A model generated the notes under the pieces. It did not search any database. It was not told the origin of the DNA and worked only from the letters and a program-made list of their open reading frames with translations. Source: Felis catus (taxonomy: Eukaryota). Taken from it: a DNA stretch of 64,000 nt. The translations under genes and the position numbers were made by a program. The stretch is taken from assembly GCF_018350175.1 (NCBI RefSeq), contig NC_058368.1, positions 49,477,815 through 49,541,814 of the forward strand. Reading direction: 5' to 3'. How positions within the stretch are numbered: the stretch's first letter is position 1; each line of letters begins with the position of its first letter. Of this stretch, positions 40,121 to 53,489 are shown one piece after another.

Positions 40121-40390
40121 TTTTTTTTATTAACTTGTTTTATTTTTTATTTTTTTTAAATTTACATCCAGAGAAAGACAAAAATCATGACTTCACTCAT
40201 ATGAGGATTTTAAGAGACAAAACAGATGAACATAAGGGAAGGAAAACAAAAAACAGGGAGGGGGACAAAACAGAAGAGACTCATAAATATGGAGAACAAA
40301 CTGAGGGTTACGGGACGGGTTGTGGGGGGGGGGATGGGCTAAATGGGTAAGGGCACTAAGGAATCTACTCCTGAAATCATTGTTGCAACT
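40121..40390 (-). mobile_element. Short 5'-inverted (twin-primed) felid L1
   Basis: polyT plus antisense terminus 40121-40170, then L1 3'UTR in + orientation 40171-40388; TSD acaaatgtctc. Confidence 0.8.
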
Positions 40391-40520
40391 ACAAATGTCT
40401 CTCTTAATTTGAGAAAGCTACCATGTTTAGTCTGAAAATTAAAAATTAAACCATGAAAAATAAATAAAATTAAAGCATGAAGTGTCAAAAAGAAACAGCT
40501 CATTTAATACTGAGAAACCT

Positions 40521-40748
40521 GGGGCGCCTGGGTGGCTCAGTCGGTTAAGCGGCTGACTTCGGCTCAGGTCATGATCTCACAGTCCGTGAGTTCGAGCCCC
40601 GCGTCGGGATCTGTGCTGACAGCTCAGAGCCTGGAGCCTGTTTCAGATTCTGTGTCTCCCTGTCTCTGACCCTCCCCTGTTCATGCTCTGTCTCTCCCTG
40701 TCTCAAAAGTAAAATAAAAATGTTAAAAAAAAAAATTAAAAAAAAAAT
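40521..40748 (+). mobile_element. CAN-SINE
   Basis: perfect TSD aatactgagaaacct at 40506-40520 and 40749-40763. Confidence 0.95.
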
Positions 40749-40763
40749 AATACTGAGAAACCT

Positions 40764-42215
40764 AAAGCTTTCACACTAAGATACAAAGCAAGGATATCCC
40801 CTCTCACCACTCCTTTACAAACTAGACGGCAAATACTTGCTAATGTAATACAAGAAGAAAAAGAAAAAAAGGTGTGCAGATTAAGAAGGAAGACATGAGG
40901 CACCTGGGTGGCTCAGTCAGTTGAGCTTCCTACTTAGGCTCAGGTCGCGATCTCACAGTTAGTGAGTTCCAACCCCGCACTGGGCCCTGGGCTGACAGCT
41001 AGGAGCCTGGAGCCTGCTTCAGATTCTGTGTCTCCCTCTCTCTCTGCCCCTCCCCTACTCACACTCTGTCTCTCAAAAATAAATAAACTTTTAAAAAAAA
41101 AAAAGGAAGACATAACTGTCTTTGTTCACAGATGGTTTGATCATCTATGTAAAGAATCCAAAACAATCAACAAAAAACTCCTGAAACTAATAAGCGATTA
41201 TAGTAATATTGTATGATATAAGATTAACATACAAAAGTCATTTGCTTTTCTATGTATTAACAATGAACAAGTGGAATTTGAAATTAAAAACACAATACCA
41301 TTTACATTATCACCTAAAAACTTGAAATACTTAGTTATAAATCTAGCAAAATATATACAAGATCTATATGAGGAAAACTACAAAATTCTAAAAAATGAAA
41401 TCAAATAAGAATTAAATACATGGATAGATGTCCCATGTGTGTGGATAGGAAGAGTCAATATTTTCAAGGAGTCAGTTCTTCCCAACTTGATCTACAGATT
41501 TAATGCAATCCTAATAAAAATTCCTACAAGTTATTTTGTGGATATCAACAAACTGAGTCTTATATTTATATAAAGAGGCAAAAGACCCAAAATAACCAAT
41601 AAAATATTGAAGGAAAAGAACAAAGTGAGACGATTGATCCTATCCAACTTGAAGACTTACTATAAAGCTACAGTAATCAAGTCAGTGTGGTACTTTCGAT
41701 CAAGCCATAAAAAAACATGAAGAATATTTTAATGCATATTATTAAGGTAAAGAAGTCAATATGAGAAGGCCCCAAACTGTATGATTCCAACTACATAACA
41801 TTCCAGAAAAGACAAAACTATGGAAGCAATTAAAAAAATAAATACATAAGTGGTTGACCAGGGTTGGGTGGGGGTAGGTGAATAGGCAAAGCATAGATGA
41901 CTTTCAGGCCAGTAAAAATACCCTTTATTATACTGTAATGATAAATATATGCCATTATACATTTGTCCAAAACCATACAGAATCCAACACCAAGAATGAA
42001 CCTAAGGTATCCTATGGATTTGGAGTGATTCTGACATGTCATTGTAGATGCAACCTTGGCAACAAATGTACCATTCTGATGAGTGGTGTTGATAATAAGG
42101 GAGGCTATATGTGGGGGGAAGGGCAGTGAGTAGGGGCTATATGGAAAATCTCTGTACCTTCCTCTCAATTGTATTGTAAGCCTAAAACAGTTCCAAATAA
42201 AAGTCTTTTAAAAAA
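40764..42215 (+). mobile_element. L1MB/MC-like ORF2 + 3' end remnant
   Basis: RT-region DNA 40764-41690 and 3' end cattatacatttgtccaaaaccatacaga...ctctgtaccttcctctcaatt. Confidence 0.75.
40897..41102 (+). mobile_element. CAN-SINE
   Basis: TSD aaggaagacat at 40886-40896 and 41103-41113. Confidence 0.92.
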
Positions 42216-44846
42216 TAAGAAACACCTATAGGCCAGGTTGCTTAGAGTGTAGAATAGGTAGAAGTAACCAATATTCTTTGCAAGATGACTCAAAACATTA
42301 TACCAAGGGGTTCATAATTTATGTGGGGAGCAAATAGATGTCACTGGAGATTTTTGAATTGGCAGCAATGTGACCGAAGATGTGTTCAGATAAGATAATT
42401 CTTATTAATAAAAGCTTAAGCACTGTATTGGAGAAAACACAAAGCCCAGAGGAACTGAGGTAAGAAGGGGCTGATTTAGAGGAGTGTGAAGGGGAAATTG
42501 TAGTGGGAGAAGTTTCCAGAAGCATGCACAAATGGAAGTGAAAAAAGGTAGCAACTGCTCGGCATGGAAGGGCAGAGTTGACTCCGCTTAGGTTTCAAAC
42601 CTAAGCTTCCTTTCTTTCATGAATAGATCAAAAGAGATCCATGAATGGTCAAAGGAAAGAAAGGCAAAGAAGCTATAAGATGGTGTTGCTGCCAAGCATT
42701 TTTATCTATGCGTCTTGAAGGAACAGTCTTAAATAAATCTCCAAGTACCCCATTGAAAATGTCTCAAAACAAAGTAAAATATTTCTATGTGGCACTATTG
42801 GAAGTAAGAGTGAGCCAAATCCTGCTATCAGCTGTGTCCACGTGATACTTGTATTCTTTCATATGCACGACTTTGGATAAAATATGAGCTACACTTAACA
42901 ATTTCATCATTATACAATATTTCTCAAATGTATATGTAATATGATTTTTTAACATAATGAGATAGTATACACCTATCTTCAGTAAAAAAAAAAAAAATGA
43001 AGGTGTAATATCCTCAGCAAGCTAATTACAGGTCACCAGAGTATAGGTAATTCAGAGAAACTTACAAAATCCAACATCTCCATTTCCACCATCACATATA
43101 TTGAAACCACCGTGACAATGCTGTCATTTTCCTTTGTGAGACAGAGGCAGGATGGCAGGCTCTAAATAATGCATAAGCTACCAACATTCCTGCTCATATC
43201 CTTTTCAAAAAATGGTGAGGCATCTCTTTCACAGTCCACAAAGAATTGAAATCATATGGTGAGCTCTTGGCACAAGTTGCAGTTTCTTCAGTGCACCCAT
43301 GTCAGGGACACAGACTGCCACAGCATACAGATGAGGCCTGCACCCAGAGGGCCTCCTGACTGCAGACTTTCCCAAGGCTGGAAGATCCACATGAGCTTTG
43401 AATCCCGCCTCTACCTCTTCCTCACCAATGAGCATTTCTCTCACCCACTTCATTCCTTTCTTGTGAAGTCAGATTAATATTTTACACAAGTCAACAGGGC
43501 TCTCAGAAAAATGTGTGACTCTTTCCTTTACCTCAGAATACAGATCCCAGCTTGGTAGACTGAAAATAGAATAGAAAATATAACCATTGTGCAAGTTGGT
43601 ACTAGCTCTCAATTACAGGGCCACATGGATACACACTGACAGTTCAGTGTTTCCCTGAGAGTAGGAGCAGAGAAGATCCAGGGAGGGAGAAGGAGGGTGA
43701 GAAGAAATGAGCACTGCCCAAGCATAATGTACACTCCCCTTTGTTGTCTTCTCTTTTTCTCTGGATATTCCCTAGGCTTTCAACTTTCAGTATGAATTTT
43801 TCCAAGATCACTCTAACTGAAACAACTCACTCTGGTCCCTGAATGCATAGCAACTCCAAGAGCATGACGCTCCTCTGTGAGATTTCTTACAGTGTTGCTT
43901 TCTTTAACCATTTGTGGTATGTATATGACTTATACTTACTACCAAGCCATAAGGTAGAGAATGTGTAATATCTTTGGTTACCTACCACTTACATTATTCC
44001 TTCCAGTGCGCAATAATGGGAACATAACAGGTTTTCAATAAATATCAATGAGATGAATAAGGACTAATCTAAGAAAAGCCAATTTCCTTGGAGGAGTGGG
44101 ATTAGTGACATATACAGGGTTTACCAGAGAGTAACCATGTTATTCTAATCTTACATGAAGGGGGGTAAATATAATTCCTTGAAGGGAAAGAGGAACAAGC
44201 TGGGAATGGGGGGCTAAAAATTCATTCTATACATGGTGCATTCACTGGTAGGGCCAAATTTTCCAATTTAGCCTAAGACCATGGAAAGCTATTAATACTA
44301 TTCAGTAGGAACTTACATGTTAGAAACTATAAAAAGAAGATAAATAAATTTATCAAAGCATGTTTTTTTGTGTTTTGTTTTGTTTTTACTATTTACATGA
44401 CTGTATGTTGGAAATGTATTTTCTAGTCATTTATCTTTCTAGGCACCTAGCACAGCTTAGTTCCTGGTCACATAGCCATGGGTACTGGCATTTTGGCTGG
44501 CTGATTACACACACACTGGGCTGTAAATGATCCCCAAGCCTACTTTATGTATGAACAAACAGACACAAAAAGGCCAAATATTTTGCACATGGCCTCATAA
44601 CATAATAAAAGAAGTCACAAATTGAGCCTTGCTCTTCTGTGCCATGATAACACTTAGTCTGTAGTCAACAAATATTACACAGTTAGTGTGGGGAGGTGTG
44701 AAGTATATTACAGACCTGCTTTTGAGATCCTAGACCTGTGCGACTTTGGGAAAGTTACTTTATCCTTCTGTGACACAGTTTGACATCACCAAAGAGGGCA
44801 ATTCCTAATAGACAGGCATAATATGATTGGAGATACATCTAAAACA

Positions 44847-45033
44847 GTGATTCCCAAAAGTCAAAGTAAATTAGAATCACCTGCAGGGCCTGTTAAAAGA
44901 TGAGGTGACAGCCTCCATCCCTTGACGTTCTCATTTTGTAGTTCAGGAGTGGAGGCCAAGAATTTGCAATTCTAACAAGTTCTCAAGTGATACTGATGCT
45001 GAGGACATAGAGGCCACTCTTTGAGTACTTCTG
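44847..45033. mobile_element. MER5A-like hAT element
   Basis: cagtgattcccaaa...ttagaatcacctg...gaatttgcaattctaacaag...ctttgagtacttctg; 8-bp TSD-like atctaaaa/gtctaaag. Confidence 0.8.
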
Positions 45034-45050
45034 GTCTAAAGCAACTAACA

Positions 45051-45269
45051 GGGGTGACTGGGTGGCTCAGTTAGTTGAGCATCCAACTCTTGATTTTGGC
45101 TCAGATCAGGATTCCAGGGACATGGGATTGAGCCCCACACTGGGCTTCGCACTGAATATGGAGTCTGCTGAAGATTCTGTCTCTCCCTCTGCCCCTCTCC
45201 CCTGCTTGCACTTGCTTGCTCTCTCTCTCTTGTGTGCGCTCTCTCTCTATATATAAAAAATAAATAAAT
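45051..45269 (+). mobile_element. CAN-SINE
   Basis: perfect TSD aaagcaactaaca at 45038-45050 and 45270-45282. Confidence 0.92.
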
Positions 45270-48200
45270 AAAGCAACTAACATGGATTGGACACTCAGTA
45301 ATTAGTAGCTATTATTATTTCTGAAGCATAAAAATCAGTTTAATGAAATGCTAGATGACAGGGAAGGTATTGAACATCCACAGAAGATATAACCAACAGC
45401 ACAAGTCCTGTCAACTGAGAACCGAGATGGAAGGTCATTTCAGCCAAAGCTAATCTGAAAGATTTAAGATGGAAGTAATGCTCTTTAATTTTTAGTAAAA
45501 AAAAATCCCTTAATTTTACAAATGACTTTTACACATTTTTTAATGACTTATACAAAACACTATATGGAAATGATTTACTTGTCTCTCTTCTTCCTCTTCA
45601 TGTGTGACCTCTTTCCCTGAATGCCATGAAACTTTCATGGCCAAGAAGTTGGATGATTAACATTAATGGGAGTTGCCTGCACTAATCCCTTGTGCATAAC
45701 TGGAAGAATGGATTTTTATCTGCTAAACTATTCCAGACTTAGCCTTTACACACATAATATAATGTAGTGTCAAAAAATTCTGTAAATGTGTTTTATGTAA
45801 AAGTGAACACATGGAGGTTAGAATGTTGGCTCATATGTATGAGACATGGGATACTACTAATATCTATAATTTTAAACAACGAATGCACACATGTAGGGGC
45901 TATTTGAGAAAAAAAAATGCCTAGAACACTTTTGGAACTATAAAGTAAAAAAGGCAAATATTGAACCAGATGTAAGCTTCAGATTTGAGGCTATACCCAT
46001 GTTACCTACTTCTATTAATTCTGCCAGTTATCAAAAGTTAAAAGAAGTGAAGATCATACAAATATTCCTATTCATCCATTCTTCATATCAAAGATGAACT
46101 GATTATGTCCTCAACTCCTCTCTCTCAAATGTCCCTTCATTTTCATTTCCAGTTCTCCATTTCAGAGCCTCATTACCTCTCACCTACAATATTTCAATAA
46201 CCACTTAATTCCCCATTGCTCCATTTGAAGATATCTCACCCTTAATGCCATATAATTTTTTTTCTTATCATTCAGCCCTCTATTCACAAGGCAATTATTT
46301 GCATTGCCTAATTACTAAAGTCCAAAGTTGGCCTGGTAATCAAGACCTCCATGATTTGGCCCTAATCCCATTGTCCACTGTTCCACTATTTTTTTTTTAT
46401 ATTCACGTCACTCCAGGCATGTTGAATAACCAGACTTCTGGCAAATCTTGAGCTTTCATTCTTCTATATTGTTGCTCACAGTATCTCTGTCTCTTTAAGT
46501 AACTAATAAAAAAATTTAATGCTTTATTATTTATAAAACAATTTCACAAGAATAGTCTCAATTGATCCCCAAAGGATTAAATAGAGTTGTAAACTAGGCA
46601 TTTTCCTTTCCATTTAACAGAAGAGTAGAGACTTACAGAAATTACATATTGATAGAAATAGCCCAGCAGAGATACAACTGCCATAATTCTAAAACAAAAT
46701 CAAACCAAAAACATACACACATGCACACACAGACACACACACACACACACACACAAACACACAAATGGGAATCATTCCAACCTTGAACGATCTCATCTTA
46801 TAGATCATAATAAGGAAAGAAGTTGCAAGATCTATACATCAAAAGAATTCATCTGAGAATGTGCCTTGATAGAACGTGAATCAATTCAATGATAATTACA
46901 TTTAGGCAGGCTGATGTAGAATGAATTCCAATAGCCTGAATATGGATCCTCTATGGACCTACCAAGTCATCCTATTGAAAAGTTCATGACTAATAGGTTA
47001 TTTATTAATTTTCAACCTAGGGAGTTTTGCACCCCAGAAAATAGAATTTTCCCTTCTTAAGTTTCTATTCTTTGGCTTTTATATCCTTTTACCCCTCAAA
47101 AAGGAAACCAAAAGTTTGTGATGACGCTAGCTGTCTTCTCACTGTTTAATGTTGCTGTCAATAAAAAAATAAATTTGTTTTATCACAAGAAAAAAAAAAG
47201 GAGAAGGTAGGTTTTGACCTGTAGAATCTAAAAGATGTAAGTTTGACTAAAGGACCAACTAGGTCAAAATTACCTGGTACTTTGTTAAAAATGTAGATAT
47301 AAATTAGAACTTAAGATATGGGCCCCAGAAGTATATTTTTCAAGCACTTCAAATGATTCTCATGTCCTCTAATCTGTAAGATACAATAGAGATCTTCCAC
47401 CCATATCAAAATGGAGTAGCTTGTATGAAACCAGATTTTCTGTCTCAGACAACCATAAAAGATGAATAAAATGCAAACAAAAAGAAACAAAACACAACAA
47501 AACAAAAACAAAAAAACTCAATAGCTATTGAAAGGCTTCTGAGAGCAACCAAGGAAGCCTGGACTTGAGGGATTAATCTCAAGGAGAGTAGAGAAGTGCA
47601 TTGAGGTAAACCTCATATCCACCACCATTTTTTTCTACAATTCGTTTCCTAATTCCCAGCATGATTCACAAAAACCATACAAAAAGCTACAGCCCCAACC
47701 ATGTGGTAACAATGGGCTTAGAAATAAAAATTTGAATTCAGAATTATCATGGCAACCAGGATACGAGGCGTCAAAACCCAGGAGAAAATAAAATCATAGG
47801 AAAGTAAACCAACATACATTTTGGCTCTTGCCCTTATATATTGGCTAAATGGAACAAGAGGTAAAAATGTCACCTTGAAGCTGCTAAGATTTTTAAAAAC
47901 TAAGATTTTTAAAAATATTTTCACAGAGCTTGGATGTTAAAATATGAGTTCAGGGTCTTCCAAAGGTCAGGGGTTATTTATGGTAAACCATCCAGACATT
48001 CAGATAAGACCTCAGAAGGATAGCAGATCAGTAGTAAGAACAAACCAGAAACAGACCTGTCTGAAAATCAGCCTTAATTTACCTCATCATTGATTGGATT
48101 ATCCTTTACTCTAACTGCCTTCTGGAATAAAAATCAATTCTCTCAGAAGGAAGATGATATTATTAAAATCTTTTTCAAGTTTTATATTGAAATTCAAACT

Positions 48201-48337
48201 TCCAAGCATAACTAGAAGTAATACTATATGACAAAAAAGTAACAGACCTATAGTAACGCAGAAATTGGAATGATCACAGGGAATATTAGAATAACTGACA
48301 TGTATGTTCAAGAAAATAGTTTAAAATATAGAAAACT

Positions 48338-49078
48338 ATCAATAATATCCAAAGTATGGAGATAGTCCGAATGTCCATGAACTGATGAATGAATAAAGAA
48401 GGTGTGCTAGGGGCGCCTGGGTGGCGCAGTTGGTTAAGCGTCCGACTTCAGCCAGGTCACGATCTCGCGGTCCGTGAGTTCGAGCCCCGCGTCAGGCTCT
48501 GGGCTGATGGCTCGGAGCCTGGAGCCTGTGTCCGATTCTGTGTCTCCCTCTCTCTCTGCCCCTCCCCCGTTCATGCTCTGTCTCTCTCTGTCCCAAAAAT
48601 AAATAAAAAACGTTGAAAAAAAATAAAAAAAAAGAAGGTGTGCTAAATATATACAATGGAATATTACTTGGCCATCAAAAAGAATGAAATCTTGCCATTT
48701 GCAATGATGTGGATGGAGCTAGAATGTCTTATGCTAAGCAAAATAAGTAAATCAAATAAGACAAATACCATATGATTTCACGCATATGTGGAATTTAAGA
48801 AACAAAATAGATGAACATATGGGAAGTGGGGGGGCAGTAAAAAGAGAAGAGAGGAAAACAAACCATGAAGATTCATTAATCATTAAGATTATTAATGATA
48901 GAGAACAAACTGTGGGATAATGGAGGGAAGTGGATAGGAGATGGGCTAGTTGGGTGATGGGTACTAAGGAGAGTACTTGTGATGAGCACTAGGTGTTGTA
49001 TGTAAGTGATGAATCACTGAATTCTATTCCTGAAACCAATATCACATTGTATGTTAACTAAAATTTAAATTTAAAAAT
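48338..49078 (+). mobile_element. 5'-truncated carnivore L1 3' end
   Basis: TSD aaa(a/c)tatagaaaact at 48323-48337 and 49079-49093. Confidence 0.88.
48410..48630 (+). mobile_element. Young SINEC_Fc-type SINE nested in L1
   Basis: perfect TSD aaagaaggtgtgcta at 48395-48409 and 48631-48645. Confidence 0.95.
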
Positions 49079-50615
49079 AAACTATAGAAAACTTCACAGA
49101 TAACTGAATCTATAGAAATAAAAATTAATAATTTAGAAATTAAGTTAAGAAATTAGGAGATGTGTTTAACAACTAATTAGATACAACATAAGGGAGTATT
49201 AGTGAACTAGAAGAAAGTTTAGTATAAAATATCCAAACTAAACCACATTCAGATCTTAAATAAAAAAGAAGTATGTAAGGAACATATGAGACAAGAGAAA
49301 AACATCTAACATAAGAAAGAGGGAAAAAATGTGATCAAGAAGTATCCAAAAAAAGTATTCAATGAGATAATGACCTGAAAAAATATAGATCAGCAATAAA
49401 GTCTAACGCTAACTTTTCAACAGAAATGAGAAAAGCCAGGAGACAATGGAAAGAAATATTTAAAGAGCTGGAAGAAAATAGCTGCAAACCTAAAATTCTA
49501 TGTCTAGTGAAAATAATAAAGACTAAGTAAAGCAATTTTTTAGACAAAAAAAGAGAGAAGACATTGCCAGCAGGTACACCTTAAAAAAATCTGAAACGAA
49601 GTTCTTCAGGCAAAAGAAAACGATTGCAGTTACAAACATGGTAATAAAAACAATAAAAAAGTCTCAAAAAAATTAAAATGTTGATGAATTTTAATAAATG
49701 TTGACTGTTTAAAATAGTAGTAATAATTCCTTCCAGGGTTTAAAAAATGTATGTAGGTTAAAATAAATGACAACCGTTGTCAGGAATAAAAGTACTAACT
49801 TATTATACAAAGAATAAGTCAAATATACAAGTTTTAGTCTCTAAGGTAACAATTAATTGGAGAGTAAATGAATGTAACCTAACAAACCAAGATAGTGGGG
49901 GGAAATGAAAAAATAGTAAAAGATCAGAAATAATAAAAAAGAAGCAATGAACATGTCAAAAAGGAAAAACAAATAATAAATACATGGGTTGAAATCTAGT
50001 AACTATATTAATCATAAAAAACTAAACATACAACTAAAAAACTAAAGATTACTAGACTGGAGAAAATAACAAAATCAAAACATACAACGCTTATTTGATA
50101 TATACTTTAAACATAAAGATAAGGAAAAACTGGAAATAAAATGATGGAAAATATATGCCTTATGAACACTAACCAAGAGAAAGTTGGTATTGCTACGTTA
50201 ATGTTAGACAAAATAGACTTTATGACAATAGGAAAACCCCATGGTCCATTTCATACCAATACAAATGTTGATTTGATAGGGAAAAAAATAAGTTTCAGTA
50301 TGAAAGTAGCAGCACATTCTCAAAATATATAATACAAATACTGACAGATTTAAAGAAAAAATAGATATATTTACAATCATAGTTGGAGAATTTCAACACA
50401 CTGAATACCTGAAAAAAGAAAGACAAAACTTCATAGTAATAAATAAGGTATGAACAACATGATTAACAAATTTGACTTAATTGGTATATATAGAACATTA
50501 CACCTAACAACCGAGGAATTTATACTCTTTTCAAATGCAGACAGAATATTTACCCAAAGTGACCATGCACTAAGTCACAAAGCAATTCTAAACACGTTTT
50601 AAAGGTGATACTCAT

Positions 50616-51091
50616 TCATCAGTTGATGGACATTTAGGCTCTTTCCATAATTTGGCTATTGTTGAAAGTGCTGCTATCAATTGATGAATGGATAAAGAAA
50701 TTGTGGTTTATATACACAGTGGAATACTACTTGACAATGAGAAAGAATGAAATATGGCCTTTTGTAGCAACGTGGATGGAACTGGAGAGTGTTATGCTAA
50801 GTTAAATAAGTCATACAGAGAAAAACAGATACCATATGTTTTCACTCTTATGTGGATACTGAGAAACTTAACAGAAGACCATGGGGGAGGGAAAGGAAAA
50901 AAAAAAAGTTAGAGAGGGAGGGAGCCAAAACATAAGAGACTCTTAAAAACTGAGAACAAACTGAGGATTGATGGGGGGTGGGAGGGAGGGGAGGGCGGGT
51001 GATGGGTATTGAGGAGGGCACCTGTTGGGATGAGCACTGGGTGTTTTATGGAAACCAATTTGACAATAAATTTCATATTAAAAAAAATAAG
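50616..51091 (+). mobile_element. 5'-inverted felid L1 3' end
   Basis: perfect 16-bp TSD taaaggtgatactcat at 50600-50615 and 51092-51107; inverted segment 50616-50677. Confidence 0.92.
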
Positions 51092-51703
51092 TAAAGGTGA
51101 TACTCATATAGAGCATATTTTCTAACCATAGGGGAATTAAACTAGAACTCAACATTTTTTTAAAAGTGTCTAGAGACAGCCAGAAAATAAGCAACAGACT
51201 TCTAATGCATGAGTTAAGGAAAAAATCACAATAAAAATTATCAAATGCTTTGAACCAAATGAAAGTAAAGCTATAATCCAACAAAAACTGTGGAATACAG
51301 CTAAACCCGTATTTAGAGGGAAATGTATAGTGTTAAATGAACATTTAAAAAAAAAGAAGAAAGCCTTAAAATTGATAGTCTAAGTATTCATCATCAGACA
51401 CTAGGAAAAAACCAGTATATTAAATCTGAAGAAAGTAGGGGGGAAATAATAAAGATAAGAGCAGAACTTCATGAAATAAATATCAAATGTACAATCCAGA
51501 GAATATTTAAAATATTGCTTCTTTAAAAAGACTAATAAAAAATTAATAAGTCTTACCCTACCTGATAGAAAAAAAGGGGGGGGGGAGGATGGGAGGAGGA
51601 AGAAGGAGAGAAAAGAGGCGAGGACAGAAAAAGAAAACACTAATTACCAATATCCACAGTTATAAAATGGACTCTTAAGCTAAAGATATTTAAAAGACAT
51701 AGA

Positions 51704-51900
51704 GGGGCACCTAAGTTGCTCAGTCCATTAAGCATCAGGCTTCTGCTCGGGTTATGACCTTTAGGTTCATGAGTTCCAGCCCCACATCAGACTCTCTGAT
51801 GTCAGCAAGAAGCCCGCTTCAGATCCCCTGTCTGCCTCAATCTGCCCCTCCCCTGCATGCCCTCTCTTTCTCTCAAAAATAAGTAAACATTAAGAAAAAT
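51704..51900 (+). mobile_element. CAN-SINE
   Basis: TSD aaaa(g/t)acatagag. Confidence 0.88.
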
Positions 51901-52487
51901 AAAATACATAGAGGATAAACAACCTTAAGACAATAAACATGAAAATTTGGTTGGCATGATCAAATTTCTTAGAAAATAATACTTAAAACTAAGACAAGAA
52001 AAAATCTGAGTAATTCTCAATCTGTTAAAGAAATTAAATCTATATATATTTTTTCCACAAGGAAAACATCAGGATGGCTTTATCAGATGCGTTCACCATT
52101 AACTTCATTCAAACATTTCAAAAGGAAGTAACACCAATCCTATTCACCAATAACAATCAGTTAACACATATCACCATAATCACCAATAACACCAATTTAA
52201 TCAGTGAAATTAATCAGTGAAATTCACTATATTAATGGAAAAAAAGAATTAAAGTTATATGGTCATCTTAATAGTTGCAAAAACAAAACAAAAAAAAGCC
52301 TCCTTTTCATGGTACAAACTCTTCACAAACTAGGCACAGAAATGATTTTCCTTAATACAATAAAGACTACCTACAGAAAACCTATAGACAATATATTACA
52401 TGGTAAAACAGAAGATTCTCCCCACAACCCACAACAAGGAATGAGACAAAGAAGTCCCTCAACAGCATTCCTTTTTTCAATATATAG

Positions 52488-52577
52488 GGGCCCTCAGCTG
52501 TAAGCTCTCCCGGCAGCAGGGGGAATGAGTGCCCATCCAGAAGAGGGATGTAGGGGGCCGCCACAGCATCCACTACA
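52488..52577 (-). mobile_element. LTR16-like 5' fragment
   Basis: reverse complement starts tgtagtggatgctgtgg. Confidence 0.6.
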
Positions 52578-53489
52578 GTACTTTACATGCATTATTTCAT
52601 TTATTTCTTGCAACAACCATACAAGGAAAGTGCTATTATCAAATGACAGTTGCAGAAAATAAAGACAAAGATTCCTTGTATCTTGCTAGCAACAAAACCT
52701 GTATTGTCTACCACTCATTTTTCTAGGGTTAAATTTATGAAAGCCTGCCTTCTTTTAATCAAACACTGAAGAGAACAAGATTTTGTCCTCACACCTGGAG
52801 AGTTAAATTTGTTTGGAAGAAATAATTATTTAGAAGTTTAAAAATTCTTACAATGTCTTCTACCTGATATTTTTAAAGTATTCTACACCCGTGAAATGGC
52901 TTAGGTGTTTTCTCCATCCGTAGATGTTTTCCTAGGCAGCTGAGAGTACATTGTTCAGGCCTTTCAATTATGCATTAAGTCAAGATGTTTATTAAACATC
53001 CACTATCATCATGGCCCTATTGTTCTGGACACTGAAGGGCTCAGGGCTCGGCATGGGAATTAGAAACCAAACCAAAACAAAACAAAAACTCTTTCCTCTT
53101 AGGAATGTTTATTCTCCTCAGCCCAATAAGCAATAAAACTGAAATTGCAGTAGGCCTCATACCAGGAGTCCTACTAAAAGATGAGATTATTTGTGAAAAG
53201 ATAGCATTATTTTAATTGTCTAATCTTTTTTTATTCACGTTTTTATTTAAATGCTAATTAGTTAACAGTAAAGTTAGTTTCAGGTGTAAAATTTAGTGAT
53301 TCATCATTTACATATAACACCCAATGCTTATCACAAGTGGCCTCCTTATTTGATGTAAATTTCATTACTACAGGGATCTAATGAGTGTTAGTATACTAAA
53401 ACCTTGTGGGAAATTAGATTACTTGCTTTCATTTGAATTACAACCAGTCACCATATTTTACAGTTTTCAGGCATCACACCACTTTTGTA

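Larger units (their letters stand above)
47390..52480 (+). mobile_element. Old L1M (5' region, ORF1, ORF2 remnants) hosting younger insertions
   Basis: ORF1-like gccaggagacaatggaaagaaatatttaaagagctg near 49435; endonuclease-like ORF 50141-50332 (NTNQEKVGIATLMLDKIDF). Confidence 0.7.
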
